From a virus (Duplodnaviria > Heunggongvirae > Uroviricota > Caudoviricetes), in the IMG/VR virus record IMGVR_UViG_2541047595_000015: 35,633 nt of DNA; one strand, written 5' to 3'. The first letter of the stretch is position 1. Every line of letters starts with the position of its first letter. The notes beneath the pieces are model-generated. The model did not search any database, was not told where the DNA came from, and worked only from the letters and a program-made list of their open reading frames with translations. Below, one piece after another: positions 18,842 to 26,710 of this stretch. The translations under genes were made by a program, and so were the position numbers.

Positions 18842-20436
18842 CAGAATCCCTCCAGCATACGGGCCGCCTGACGACGACGGCGTGAGCTTGCCTTCACCGG
18901 CCCTTTGTTAATTTCACGGCTGGCGAAATACGCCAGCGCCAGTGCGATGGCTGAATCCCCGTGGCGTTTACCACCGTCAGCCTTTGCTTTTGAGCGTTGC
19001 TCCGGTACGCGGGGGACACCGTTCACCACCTGAACGGCCCGCAGGTCATCCAGTGTGTCTTCATCCTTTGGTAAGTCCACCAGGTTACCGTCTTCCAGTG
19101 CAGCTTTGACCGGAGGCATATGCTCCCGGTACCAGCCTTCGGTTGGCATCACCTGCTGAACCCGGCTGGAGCCGTAGCGCTGCATGGCGTATTCAGCCAG
19201 ATAGGCACCATTACCACGGGCATCAAACGCTGCACCCAGCAGACCGGGCAGGCCATCCATCAGATACCAGGTGATTTGCTCCTGCTGTCTGAACGGCACG
19301 TTACGCAGCTCCAGTACGAATGGCACGCGTCGTACCAGGTTCTTCTCCTGCAGCAGGGGATAGTCCACCGACAAATCACCGCTACGGCCAAAGTCGCGCC
19401 CCAGGAAAGAGCGGGCATCAGTGGGGAGTGCCTCCAGCAAGGGTTTCAGATACTCATCAAGCCAGTCCTGCGTCTCGCGGAAGCGAACCTCATCAGACAG
19501 CAGTTCATAACCTTCCTTGCAGGTCAGACGCAATACCGGCGTATCAGCGGACATGCGGGACTCTATCAGGGCACGGGACAGCCAGGCACCGCCACCGTTG
19601 GCCGGAATACAGTCAAGCTCTTCGGATGCGCCGGCACCGTAGAATTTGTACACCGATGCCATCCAGGCTTGCTCGGATGCCTCCGACCATTCCTTCCCGG
19701 TGCGCAGACAGACGCGCCGGAACAGCCCCTCAGATACGGCTTCCCGGAAAGTGATGCGATGTATGCTGCCTCCCTGACGTCCGGCACGGATATCCCCGAT
19801 AAGCGTATTGAACGGATTGTCGTCACCGTCATGGGTGGAGATAACGCGTACCTTTCCCCCCCAGATAAGCATCGCCAGCGCCGCTTTCAGCAGTTCGTCC
19901 AGTTGCTCATGGAACGCCGCTTCGTCGATAACAATAATACCCTGACGGCCACGCAGGTTAGACGGGCGGCTGGAGAGCGCAACAATACGAAAGCCGGAGT
20001 CAGGAAATTTGATGGTGTAAGTCTTGATGTGTTTGTCGTCGTCGTCCTCTTCCCAGAATCCTTCTTCAATTTCACTGGCCGCATAGTTGAATGCCCGTGC
20101 CCACATCGCACACGCCTGAATGTATTCGACGGTCATGTCCTGGTTATAAGCGATGTAATACACATTCATCCCGCCTGCTGGCGCAGAAGAGGCGGCGGTC
20201 AGTACGTTATCGGATGCCTCAGCCCATGTAATACCGGTACGACGGCTCTTTTCTATCACCTTAAGCGGAGAGGTGTCTGCCACCCAGCGCTGCTGGTAAG
20301 GCAACAGAACGGGAGGGGCATCCAGCGCCGAGGTATCAGGCAAAACGGGAGCAAGGTTATTCCTCCCGTCCATGGGACTCATCCCTTCGGGGCCGCCGCC
20401 AGCGGCGTTTAAAATCACTCCGGATGATTTTGTCAT
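18841..20436 (-). CDS. Terminase large subunit
   Basis: 531 aa; follows the small terminase with a 4-nt overlap; acidic patch EEGFWEEDDDDKH and overall resemblance to Mu-like large terminases. Confidence 0.85.
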   Translation of the reverse strand: MTKSSGVILNAAGGGPEGMSPMDGRNNLAPVLPDTSALDAPPVLLPYQQRWVADTSPLKVIEKSRRTGITWAEASDNVLTAASSAPAGGMNVYYIAYNQDMTVEYIQACAMWARAFNYAASEIEEGFWEEDDDDKHIKTYTIKFPDSGFRIVALSSRPSNLRGRQGIIVIDEAAFHEQLDELLKAALAMLIWGGKVRVISTHDGDDNPFNTLIGDIRAGRQGGSIHRITFREAVSEGLFRRVCLRTGKEWSEASEQAWMASVYKFYGAGASEELDCIPANGGGAWLSRALIESRMSADTPVLRLTCKEGYELLSDEVRFRETQDWLDEYLKPLLEALPTDARSFLGRDFGRSGDLSVDYPLLQEKNLVRRVPFVLELRNVPFRQQEQITWYLMDGLPGLLGAAFDARGNGAYLAEYAMQRYGSSRVQQVMPTEGWYREHMPPVKAALEDGNLVDLPKDEDTLDDLRAVQVVNGVPRVPEQRSKAKADGGKRHGDSAIALALAYFASREINKGPVKASSRRRRQAARMLEGF

Positions 20437-20978
20437 GTGGCAATCCCCAGAATCTCGCGACGAAGCGCCTGTACTGCGTCGCTTGACAGTCCCCCCTTAC
20501 GGGCAATTTTCTCGGCGTTGCTGGCTGCCTGCTGCGCTCTGGCCCGTACTTCAGACTGGAACTTTTTGAGGTTGACGGACGCGCGGGACAGCGTAGCCAC
20601 ATTCTTCGCCACCTTCGACAGCAGGGCCACGCGTTCTTTAGGATCGACTTCGCCTTCTTCCGCCTCCTGCAACTGGACAATACTCTCGAACAGCTCGGTC
20701 TGAATAAGGGCTATCACAGCCTCCGAACGCGCATCCTGATCGTCTGCTGCGCCTTCGGTCAGCATGCGGGCCGCTTCTGTTGCCGCACGGATAGCACCAT
20801 AGCGGCGCTCAATCTTCTGTCCATAGCGATGGATAGCGGATTTGCTGATGACGTACCCCCGCTCACGCAGCAGGGACTCCAGCTCGTTATACCCGCTGAA
20901 GCCGGATTCAGTCAGCGCCCGTTCAAGCCAGCGGCGCACGTCTTCCGGCAGCTTTTCTATTGTGCTGCGTCTGGCCAT
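20433..20978 (-). CDS. Terminase small subunit (DUF3486-like)
   Basis: 181 aa; N-terminal MARRSTIEKLPEDVRRWLERAL... typical of Mu-like small terminase/DNA-binding subunit. Confidence 0.7.
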   Translation of the reverse strand: MARRSTIEKLPEDVRRWLERALTESGFSGYNELESLLRERGYVISKSAIHRYGQKIERRYGAIRAATEAARMLTEGAADDQDARSEAVIALIQTELFESIVQLQEAEEGEVDPKERVALLSKVAKNVATLSRASVNLKKFQSEVRARAQQAASNAEKIARKGGLSSDAVQALRREILGIAT

Positions 20979-21289
20979 TATTCACTCCAGTACTTTTCCG
21001 GGCGGGCAATACCCGGACCACATTCCACGGTGTATTCCACCAGGTCTACGCCGAGGCGGGTCAGGTCAGCAAACCAGTCGCCAGAAGGTTTTTTCTCCAG
21101 ATCAACCATTTTACGGTCAGCCAGATAATCCAGTTCGCGGCGCAGTTCCAGCGGTGTGGTGTCCGGGTAGATGGCACGGGACACATCCAGCAGCAGCGTC
21201 TCGCTGGCGGTGTAAGGGCGGGTCTTGTTCAGGGCAACCAGCAGACTCCAGCGCAGGGATTCGCGGCGTACCCGGGTAATATCGACCAT
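20978..21289 (-). CDS. Hypothetical protein
   Basis: 103 aa; translationally coupled between the lysis cassette and terminase genes. Confidence 0.4.
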   Translation of the reverse strand: MVDITRVRRESLRWSLLVALNKTRPYTASETLLLDVSRAIYPDTTPLELRRELDYLADRKMVDLEKKPSGDWFADLTRLGVDLVEYTVECGPGIARPEKYWSE

Positions 21290-21615
21290 TATTGACCTCC
21301 GGTATTGCGGTACTGCTGTACCACTTCCAGTTTGTTATAAAGCGCGTCCAGTTTGGCCTCAATGACTGTCTGGCCACGGATATAATCCTCTCGACGGACA
21401 TAATTCAGCGGTAAATCCGCTTTAAATCGCATAAATTCTTTTTCCAGCTCGCCCCAGTTGGAGGCGGATTGTTGCAGGGCCTGTTCAAGGGAGGCGAATC
21501 GTGCCGCCTGGCGTTCTTCTGTTTTACTGAACAACCATTTGGCGAGCCCTCCCACAAACCCCATGAAGGTGAGCAGAAAACTCACCACCGTCCAGAATTC
21601 AACCTGCAGTGTCAT
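21289..21615 (-). CDS. Membrane protein with N-terminal TM helix and coiled coil (DUF2730-like)
   Basis: 108 aa; hydrophobic N-terminus (VVSFLLTFMGFVGGLAKWLF) followed by a helical region; ATGA overlap with the spanin gene. Confidence 0.45.
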   Translation of the reverse strand: MTLQVEFWTVVSFLLTFMGFVGGLAKWLFSKTEERQAARFASLEQALQQSASNWGELEKEFMRFKADLPLNYVRREDYIRGQTVIEAKLDALYNKLEVVQQYRNTGGQ

Positions 21616-22262
21616 TTCTGTAATCCTTCCCGTTCATCCAGTAACGCGTTTATCTGGTTCCGCCAGCGACGACATTGTCCTGCGTTGTCGATGATGTTGG
21701 CGAGAACGTCACGCTGGGAGACACCCGAATCGCGTAACCGGGTGTCAGTGGTTTCAGGTTGCCCGGTCGCTGTGCCAGAGCGGGTGCCAGCGGCGGCAAC
21801 TGAGTCTGAATGACCGGTGTCGACGGATGCGTTGTCATATCCGAGTGCGGCGTTGTACTGGCGCACGAAACCGCGAGTAAACACGCACTCAATGGGATGG
21901 CTCTTACCTTTTTCATCAATCCAGCGCTGTGTGACATCGTTAATTTGCCCCTGTAGTTGTTTATTCCGGCTCTCCAGTTGAGCAATCTGCTCAAGATAAC
22001 CGGCTTCAGCCCGCTGCCCGGCGGCCACCTGCTCCTGATACCGTCTGGCCCAGGCCCGCAGCGCAGCATTCTCAAGCGTTGCCTGCTCCGTTTTGTACGC
22101 GTCAAATGCTGACTGCAACTGACTGAGCGCGGTATCACCGTCACGCTTTGCAGAGTCATGACCACTTCTGTATCCCATGGCATACAGGCCGACCAGAAAG
22201 GCATTGATAAGAATGGCCAGCAGAATGCCGCGCCACGGCAGCTTTTTAATCAGATGCCACAC
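21612..22262 (-). CDS. i-spanin (Rz-like)
   Basis: Start placed at the GTG at 22262, which has GGGAGG 8 nt upstream. N-terminal TM helix (WRGILLAILINAFLVGLYAMGY) followed by a periplasmic coiled coil. The longer track ORF (to 22364) would overlap the endolysin by about 120 nt. Confidence 0.6.
   Translation of the reverse strand: MWHLIKKLPWRGILLAILINAFLVGLYAMGYRSGHDSAKRDGDTALSQLQSAFDAYKTEQATLENAALRAWARRYQEQVAAGQRAEAGYLEQIAQLESRNKQLQGQINDVTQRWIDEKGKSHPIECVFTRGFVRQYNAALGYDNASVDTGHSDSVAAAGTRSGTATGQPETTDTRLRDSGVSQRDVLANIIDNAGQCRRWRNQINALLDEREGLQK
21650..21916 (-). CDS. o-spanin (Rz1-like lipoprotein) embedded in the i-spanin gene
   Basis: Internal ATG at 21916 in a different frame gives MKKVRAIPLSACLLAVSC-ASTTPHSD..., a signal peptide with lipobox-like LAVSC, followed by a proline-rich mature region (PSTPVIQTQLPPLAPALAQRPGNLKPLTPG). 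Confidence 0.6.
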   Translation of the reverse strand: MKKVRAIPLSACLLAVSCASTTPHSDMTTHPSTPVIQTQLPPLAPALAQRPGNLKPLTPGYAIRVSPSVTFSPTSSTTQDNVVAGGTR

Positions 22263-22986
22263 AACTGCTGCCTCCCCATGTGAGATATCGCGGTGCCAGT
22301 TCGCGCAGGATGCGCTGCGGATAATGGCGGTTCTCCCGCCAGCTGGCCGCATTGCGTCCGGCATTCACCGTGGCGACATGTCCGAACCAGCGGGTGCTGT
22401 CCAGACCTTTCTGTGATGCAAGCCGCCTGTCCCGTTGTACCCAGCCCAGACCACCGTTATAGCCCGACAGTGTCATGGCCATACGCTCGCAGTCACTGGC
22501 GGCGCTGACACGCTGCCACAGCCAGCGGTCATAGCTGACCAGCGCCCGGATAGCCCATGCCGGATTAAACGGCTCACGACTGCTCAGCATCGGTATCAAC
22601 TGGCTTATCCAGTCGGCAGTGGCAGGCATGAACTGCGCCAGTCCCTGAGCGCCAGCCGGCGAGATCGCATCAGGTCGCCAGCCGCTTTCCTGATGCAGTT
22701 GCGCGGCGAAATCGGCCACCGGCGCAGACAGTCCCCATTCAAGCCGGGCATTACGGATCACATCATCGCGATACTGCAGCGCAGCCTGCGGAGGTTGTGC
22801 TGCGCATGCCTGGCTGAAAAAGCCGCCACACCAGAGCAACATTGCGACAAAGAATACCCATGCCATATGAACCAGAAAGGTCCCGGCGCGGACTGACAGG
22901 CGTTCGGTTCTGATGAAGACCCGAAAGGCTTCGAAAGCCAGTTTCAGGGACATGCATACAATCCAGGTGATCTGCGGCCAGTTCAT
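22246..22986 (-). CDS. Endolysin: lytic transglycosylase with N-terminal signal-anchor (SAR-type candidate)
   Basis: SLT catalytic motif LHQESGWRPDAISPAGAQGLAQFMPATA; hydrophobic N-terminal segment (MAWVFFVAMLLWCGGFF). An alternative start at the ATG at 22866 is possible. Confidence 0.8.
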   Translation of the reverse strand: MNWPQITWIVCMSLKLAFEAFRVFIRTERLSVRAGTFLVHMAWVFFVAMLLWCGGFFSQACAAQPPQAALQYRDDVIRNARLEWGLSAPVADFAAQLHQESGWRPDAISPAGAQGLAQFMPATADWISQLIPMLSSREPFNPAWAIRALVSYDRWLWQRVSAASDCERMAMTLSGYNGGLGWVQRDRRLASQKGLDSTRWFGHVATVNAGRNAASWRENRHYPQRILRELAPRYLTWGGSSCVASD

Positions 22987-22988
22987 GA

Positions 22989-23339
22989 TTAAAGCCCCAT
23001 CGCAACAGCCAGGCAGACCGCTGCAACAATCAGTGCACGGCGGATTAACGCAGCAGAAAACACCAGGTGAAGGCCGGTCTGTACCGGGAAACGCCCTTCA
23101 GCCATCAGCCTGTCGTCATGTTTCAGGTACTGACCGGGACGGGCTTTGGGGAAGAGCGAACGGTCAAGCCAGTAACCCAGCACTGCTGCCAGCGTGATGA
23201 GTGCCAGCTTGTAGATCACAACAGGCAGCTGCTGTGGTGAGACCAGAGCGATGGTGCCCAGCAACAGCACTGAGGTCAGCAGCCAGCCGCTGAGGCGAGG
23301 TTTTTTAACAGGGGGAATGAATTTTTTCAGGTTTTTCAT
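22989..23339 (-). CDS. Putative holin
   Basis: First gene of the late operon. Start placed at the ATG at 23339 with GAGGAG 6 nt upstream. Two to three hydrophobic segments read by eye (LLTSVLLLGTIALV, IYKLALITLAAVLGYWL, LIVAAVCLAVAMGL). Immediately precedes the endolysin. Confidence 0.55.
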   Translation of the reverse strand: MKNLKKFIPPVKKPRLSGWLLTSVLLLGTIALVSPQQLPVVIYKLALITLAAVLGYWLDRSLFPKARPGQYLKHDDRLMAEGRFPVQTGLHLVFSAALIRRALIVAAVCLAVAMGL

Positions 23340-23342
23340 GTG

Positions 23343-23365
23343 TGTCTCCTCGTTTGGTGGAGACA
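23343..23365 (-). promoter_or_regulatory. Hairpin in the holin 5' leader that sequesters the Shine-Dalgarno sequence
   Basis: Minus-strand RNA reads UGUCUCC-ACCAAACGA-GGAGACA-CAC-AUG: 7-bp stem, 9-nt loop, with the SD (GGAGA) in the 3' arm. Confidence 0.4.
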
Positions 23366-23469
23366 GCATCACAAATACAGGGCGCAAAGGATTTTAAAGC
23401 GCGTTAAGAGAGCCGGGGATACGGGATGTGCAGGATAAACGATGAATTATTCACAGAGGAGAATACGAT

Positions 23470-23946
23470 ATGACGCACACACTGAATCCGGTCATCACTG
23501 TCACTGTGTCCGGTCCTGTGGGCAGCGGTAAAAGTTACGTACTGGCGCGGATAGAAGAGATGGTGAAACAGGAACTCGGAAACAGCGTCATTGTCGATGC
23601 TGCTGACGTGGAGAATGAGCGCCGTATGAATGGCGAAGATCTGACGACCTGGCAGAAGCCACGGGGTGGCACAGTGATCAGGCTAGAGGAATACACGGGA
23701 CAGGGCCTGTTGTCATACGGCGAGGAGCGTATCTGTCGGACGAATGAGCTGCTGGATGTTATATGCCCCACGGGCCGGCAACCCTGGATACTGCCCGATG
23801 CACTGCATGCCACCATTGCGGCACTGATGACAGTTTACGATCAGGAGCTGCTCATGAAGGAGTTACGTAAACTCACCGGTCAGCCAACAGAATGTTGTTC
23901 GTCTCCGAAGTACGGCAAACAGGAAAACGCCCCGGATAATCCTTAA
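23470..23946 (+). CDS. P-loop NTPase-like hypothetical protein
   Basis: 158 aa; N-terminal Walker A-like GPVGSGKS; GAGGAG RBS upstream of the ATG; transcribed divergently from the late operon; cysteine pair near the C-terminus (ECCSSP). Confidence 0.5.
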   Translation: MTHTLNPVITVTVSGPVGSGKSYVLARIEEMVKQELGNSVIVDAADVENERRMNGEDLTTWQKPRGGTVIRLEEYTGQGLLSYGEERICRTNELLDVICPTGRQPWILPDALHATIAALMTVYDQELLMKELRKLTGQPTECCSSPKYGKQENAPDNP

Positions 23947-23950
23947 GATA

Positions 23951-23981
23951 CCTCCTGAACAGAAACAGCCCTGAAGGGCTG
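23951..23981 (-). terminator. Rho-independent terminator candidate ending the repressor-linked operon
   Basis: Perfect hairpin CAGCCC-TGAA-GGGCTG at 23966-23981, directly after the stop at 23984. On the minus strand it is followed by UUUCUGUUC. Confidence 0.55.
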
Positions 23982-23983
23982 CA

Positions 23984-24574
23984 CTAAAAAAAGAAGTGTA
24001 TTATTGCCCAAACAGCTATAACGATGATTCCCAGCCCAAGAGCCGATTCTAACTTATCTTTGGCAGTCATTTTTACTGTTGTAGCGGGCGCAGGTAAGTC
24101 TTGCTGCTGTGGATTTTCTGTTAGTTGTTTACGAGAAGAAACATCGCCCCTATTAGTTTGCTTCATGTTGATTACAGATGCGTTATGGGCATTATCAGCA
24201 GCAATTGACTGAAGTTTTACAAAAGTTTTTGAATCTGTTTTAGCCAGAAGTAACCTATTTCCCGTAAACATTGCCTTAAAAGTGATAGTTTTTTTCGTCT
24301 TGTCCGCCGCACCAAGCAAACCTCCAATGACCAACCCTGCACCACCAAAGATTAATCCACCAAGCAAACCTGCGCCTGCCGCCTTACCTATACGGCTTTC
24401 CTCTTCACTATCCGCAAGTTCAATCGATAAAAGCTCTTCTTTCAGATTTAATACAATATTTTCAGGAAAGCCTTGTTTTGGTTTTTTGGCAAACACGATG
24501 GTACCGAACCCCATGCTTGCCCACCCTTTAGGAAAACTTCCTGCGATAACCTGAATCCCTGCCATGTTCATCAC
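23984..24574 (-). CDS. Membrane protein with glycine-zipper segment and C-terminal hydrophobic tail
   Basis: 196 aa; GAGLLGGLIFGGAGLVIGGLLGAA glycine zipper; C-terminal LGLGIIVIAVWAIIHFFF; AT-rich codon usage unlike the phage core. Confidence 0.5.
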   Translation of the reverse strand: MMNMAGIQVIAGSFPKGWASMGFGTIVFAKKPKQGFPENIVLNLKEELLSIELADSEEESRIGKAAGAGLLGGLIFGGAGLVIGGLLGAADKTKKTITFKAMFTGNRLLLAKTDSKTFVKLQSIAADNAHNASVINMKQTNRGDVSSRKQLTENPQQQDLPAPATTVKMTAKDKLESALGLGIIVIAVWAIIHFFF

Positions 24575-24655
24575 CTTTTACATTAAAATTTCAGAACGCA
24601 GCATGATGCCGCCTTTGTCTTTTTTCTGATCCCATGGTAATTCAGCTGTTATTTT

Positions 24656-25642
24656 CTATTTAAGAATAAAACGGTATTTACTGTCAGGAGTGCTTTGCTG
24701 ATCAAGTAGCAGTGAACGACATGGAGCAGTCAAAACCCGAGCATAACTACCATCAGGGCTTATGTTAATGTAACAAACCTTGCCCTTAACACTATAATTT
24801 TCGGGGACGGATGCCTTTGCTGATACAGTAAATTTAAGGGTATGCCAGCCCGTTTTTTGCTTGTAGCTTGAAACCGAATGGAAATCATCTGAGTACTTAT
24901 TTAACCCTGGAAACATGCTGCGCAGTGCGGGGATGGAATCTTCTATTATTTTATCGTTGGTTTTAATGTTAAAAACGCTGGTTTCAGTAGAAGCTACTGC
25001 TTTGGCATTTCCCCATTTACCAGCGAACACAATCATTCCCACGAAAAATATTGCTACAAGAACTAACACTCCCCCCAACACTACTACATGAGGCTTCCGG
25101 CTTCTGGTTGGTACAGTTGCGACTGATTTTGCACCGCTTTCCGATGGAGGTGATAGAGTTTTACTCTCATCACGAATATTCAGCAGATCATCAAAATAAC
25201 CAAACACAGCCTGCAACTGCTCTTTGTCTAGGCCTTTAAGATGGGTTGTACCGAAATGCTTCAGACAGTATCTGTCACGGTCAAGACGATACCCAGGGTC
25301 AGTAAGCGCCATTATTTTGCTGACCAGAAGATTACAGTCCTTCATATTCTGGATCTGTTGTGCATATCTCTGAAGGATCTCAACCGCACCATGATAATCA
25401 GCCGCAGTCATTTCATTAACTGTTTTGGTATTAAGTTTCGTGTGGATCGTCATCCATAGCTCGCGCTTACTTTCCCCCAGATCAACCAATTCATCCATCA
25501 ATCTGTGTAAATCGCGTTTTTGCAGCAACGAAATTGGTTGCTGGGCCGAAGGAAGTATGTCAGCAGAATAGTTATGAATGGTAACATCACCGCTGACAAC
25601 GTTACCCACATCCCCGTTAACTGTTTGCTTCTCTTTACTCAT
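24656..25642 (-). CDS. Single-pass membrane protein (cytoplasmic N-domain, TM, C-terminal ~110-aa domain)
   Basis: 328 aa; one hydrophobic helix (HVVVLGGVLVLVAIFFVGMIVFAG) in the middle; ATGA overlap with the upstream HTH gene; AT-rich. Confidence 0.5.
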   Translation of the reverse strand: MSKEKQTVNGDVGNVVSGDVTIHNYSADILPSAQQPISLLQKRDLHRLMDELVDLGESKRELWMTIHTKLNTKTVNEMTAADYHGAVEILQRYAQQIQNMKDCNLLVSKIMALTDPGYRLDRDRYCLKHFGTTHLKGLDKEQLQAVFGYFDDLLNIRDESKTLSPPSESGAKSVATVPTRSRKPHVVVLGGVLVLVAIFFVGMIVFAGKWGNAKAVASTETSVFNIKTNDKIIEDSIPALRSMFPGLNKYSDDFHSVSSYKQKTGWHTLKFTVSAKASVPENYSVKGKVCYINISPDGSYARVLTAPCRSLLLDQQSTPDSKYRFILK

Positions 25643-26100
25643 CTTCTCTTGGTATTTTTGTTCATTATTCCACCTGTTCCTATGGTTACGTTACCTTTGA
25701 TAACATTCCCCAGAACATCTCCATGAATAACCTGTTCCGCCCGTTCTCTGGAGGAGCCAGTAGTCAAGGCCGACAAAACTGAACCTTTGACCTGTAATGG
25801 TGCCTGCCGGTAGTGCTGCAGTAACTCCATTTCATCACGTGATAAAGTTATACCTGATGACTCCCCGGTAAGAATGAACTGTACATTGGCCCCAATTCTT
25901 GCAAAGGCTGCAAGTAACTCACCTCCGGGAACAGCAACCCCTCGTTCATATTTCCCCCACATTTCTCTTGAAACGCCACAAAGGGCTGCTACTTCAGCCT
26001 GCTTGAGTGATAACCGCGAACGCTCAGCTTTGAACCGCGACGCGCAAAGAGAATCAAAATTCACATAAACCTCATTGACAATGAGAACAATAGTTCTCAT
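25639..26100 (-). CDS. XRE-family HTH transcriptional regulator (candidate prophage repressor)
   Basis: 153 aa; HTH_XRE-type motif LSLKQAEVAALCGVSREMWGKYERG; divergent from the Ner-like early gene as in the Mu c/ner switch; start codon lies inside an inverted repeat. Confidence 0.7.
   Translation of the reverse strand: MRTIVLIVNEVYVNFDSLCASRFKAERSRLSLKQAEVAALCGVSREMWGKYERGVAVPGGELLAAFARIGANVQFILTGESSGITLSRDEMELLQHYRQAPLQVKGSVLSALTTGSSRERAEQVIHGDVLGNVIKGNVTIGTGGIMNKNTKRR
26081..26100. promoter_or_regulatory. Inverted repeat (operator candidate) overlapping the repressor start codon
   Basis: ATGAGAAC-aata-GTTCTCAT: 8-bp arms with a 4-bp spacer; minus-strand ATG at 26100-26098 lies within one arm. 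Confidence 0.45.
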
Positions 26101-26150
26101 AATCTATCACATATAAAACAAACATCATTGCATCAACAAAGGAGACAACA

Positions 26151-26339
26151 ATGACTTCCGAACAAGTTAAAAATCTCTTCCGTCAGCGTGGTATCACGTT
26201 TACCCGCTGGGCCGAAGAACACGGCTACAGCCGCAATGAGGTCTATCGTGTTCTCAATGGACAGACCAAAGCTCGTTACGGCAAAGCCCATGAAATTGCC
26301 GTAAAACTGGGATTAAAACCCACGTCAAATGCGGCATAA
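26151..26339 (+). CDS. Small Ner/Cro-like DNA-binding regulator (first early gene)
   Basis: 62 aa; AGGAG RBS; HTH-like TRWAEEHGYSRNEVYRVLNG; divergent from the repressor gene; resembles small DNA-binding proteins of BcepMu-like phages (from memory). Confidence 0.6.
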   Translation: MTSEQVKNLFRQRGITFTRWAEEHGYSRNEVYRVLNGQTKARYGKAHEIAVKLGLKPTSNAA

Positions 26340-26391
26340 ATTTTCCACATATGCAACAGGTTATCACATATTGCAAAAATGGAAATGTGAC

Positions 26392-26700
26392 ATGAGTAAA
26401 GTAAATATTTCCAGTTCTGGGACCCGCATCCTACGTGTACTCAAAGCTCTACGCGGTCATGCTCTGAACGGTGTTTCTAACGGTGAACTGGCATCAGCCC
26501 TGGGGGAGTCCCCAGCGAATATCAATCGAGCACTTAATACCCTTATTGAAGAGGGACTGGCCATGAAATTAGAGAACGGACGTTTCGCACCGGGAATCCA
26601 GTTACTACAGATCGCCATGGCTCACAGTCACGAGATGGCGCGTGCACAGGATCGTATTAACGAAATCAACCAACGAGTTATTTCAGGTAGTCGTTTGTAA
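26392..26700 (+). CDS. Winged-helix DNA-binding protein (hypothetical regulator)
   Basis: Start placed at the ATG at 26392 (MSKVNISSSGTRILRVLKALRG...); MarR/IclR-like HTH region GVSNGELASALGESPANINRALNTLIEEGLA. Confidence 0.45.
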   Translation: MSKVNISSSGTRILRVLKALRGHALNGVSNGELASALGESPANINRALNTLIEEGLAMKLENGRFAPGIQLLQIAMAHSHEMARAQDRINEINQRVISGSRL

Positions 26701-26710
26701 GGAGTAATCA

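Noticed and set aside
19120-20412. 430-aa plus-strand ORF antisense to the large terminase gene
   Set aside because: It lies entirely opposite a gene with strong terminase character, has Arg/Gly/Pro-rich low-complexity translation typical of antisense reading of GC-rich coding DNA, and has no RBS or operon context.
21612-22364. 250-aa form of the spanin ORF starting at 22364
   Set aside because: It would overlap the endolysin 3' end by about 120 nt; the GTG at 22262 has a strong SD (GGGAGG) and starts just before the TM helix.
22986-23387. Longer holin ORF starting at 23387
   Set aside because: The internal ATG at 23339 has a much better RBS (GAGGAG) and removes an unlikely N-terminal extension; the longer form is kept only as an alternative.
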